This document shows positions 60,421-60,465 of a DNA stretch of 60,465 bases, piece by piece. Position 1 is the stretch's first letter. Every line of letters begins with the position of its first letter. Origin of the DNA: Octopus bimaculoides (Eukaryota); the NCBI RefSeq assembly GCF_001194135.2, contig NC_069005.1, positions 5,799,553 to 5,860,017 of the forward strand. Direction: 5' to 3'. Both the position numbers and the translations under genes were made by a program. The notes beneath the pieces are model-generated. The model saw nothing but the letters and a program-made list of their open reading frames with translations. It did not search any database and was not told the DNA's origin.

Positions 60421-60465
<45 letters not shown>

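Overview
AT-rich, gap-containing eukaryotic genomic DNA dense in microsatellites and tRNA-headed SINEs. The repeat landscape is most consistent with an octopod cephalopod; this is inference, not a database match. Five intron-containing housekeeping genes were reconstructed by hand from splice signals and phase continuity, in strictly alternating orientation. LRPAP1/RAP (+, 5'-partial, ends HTEL*); NFU1 (-, 8 exons, 273 aa); METTL14 (+, 9 visible coding exons, one more inferred inside an N-gap); SSR3/TRAP-gamma (-, 5 exons, 188 aa); PSMD9 (+, 6 exons, 196 aa). SSR3 carries a GC-AG intron followed by a U12-type GT-AG intron, plus a perfect UPRE-like TGACGTGGCA next to exon 1. Introns and spacers hold several SINE families, MITEs (piggyBac-, Tc1/mariner- and hAT-like), mariner transposase relics and 3' fragments of R4/Dong-like, RTE-like and CR1/L2-like LINEs. 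The most unusual signal is two dispersed short repeat families carrying minimal type I hammerhead-ribozyme-like motifs. Almost all ORFs in the supplied track are artefacts of N-runs or simple repeats.
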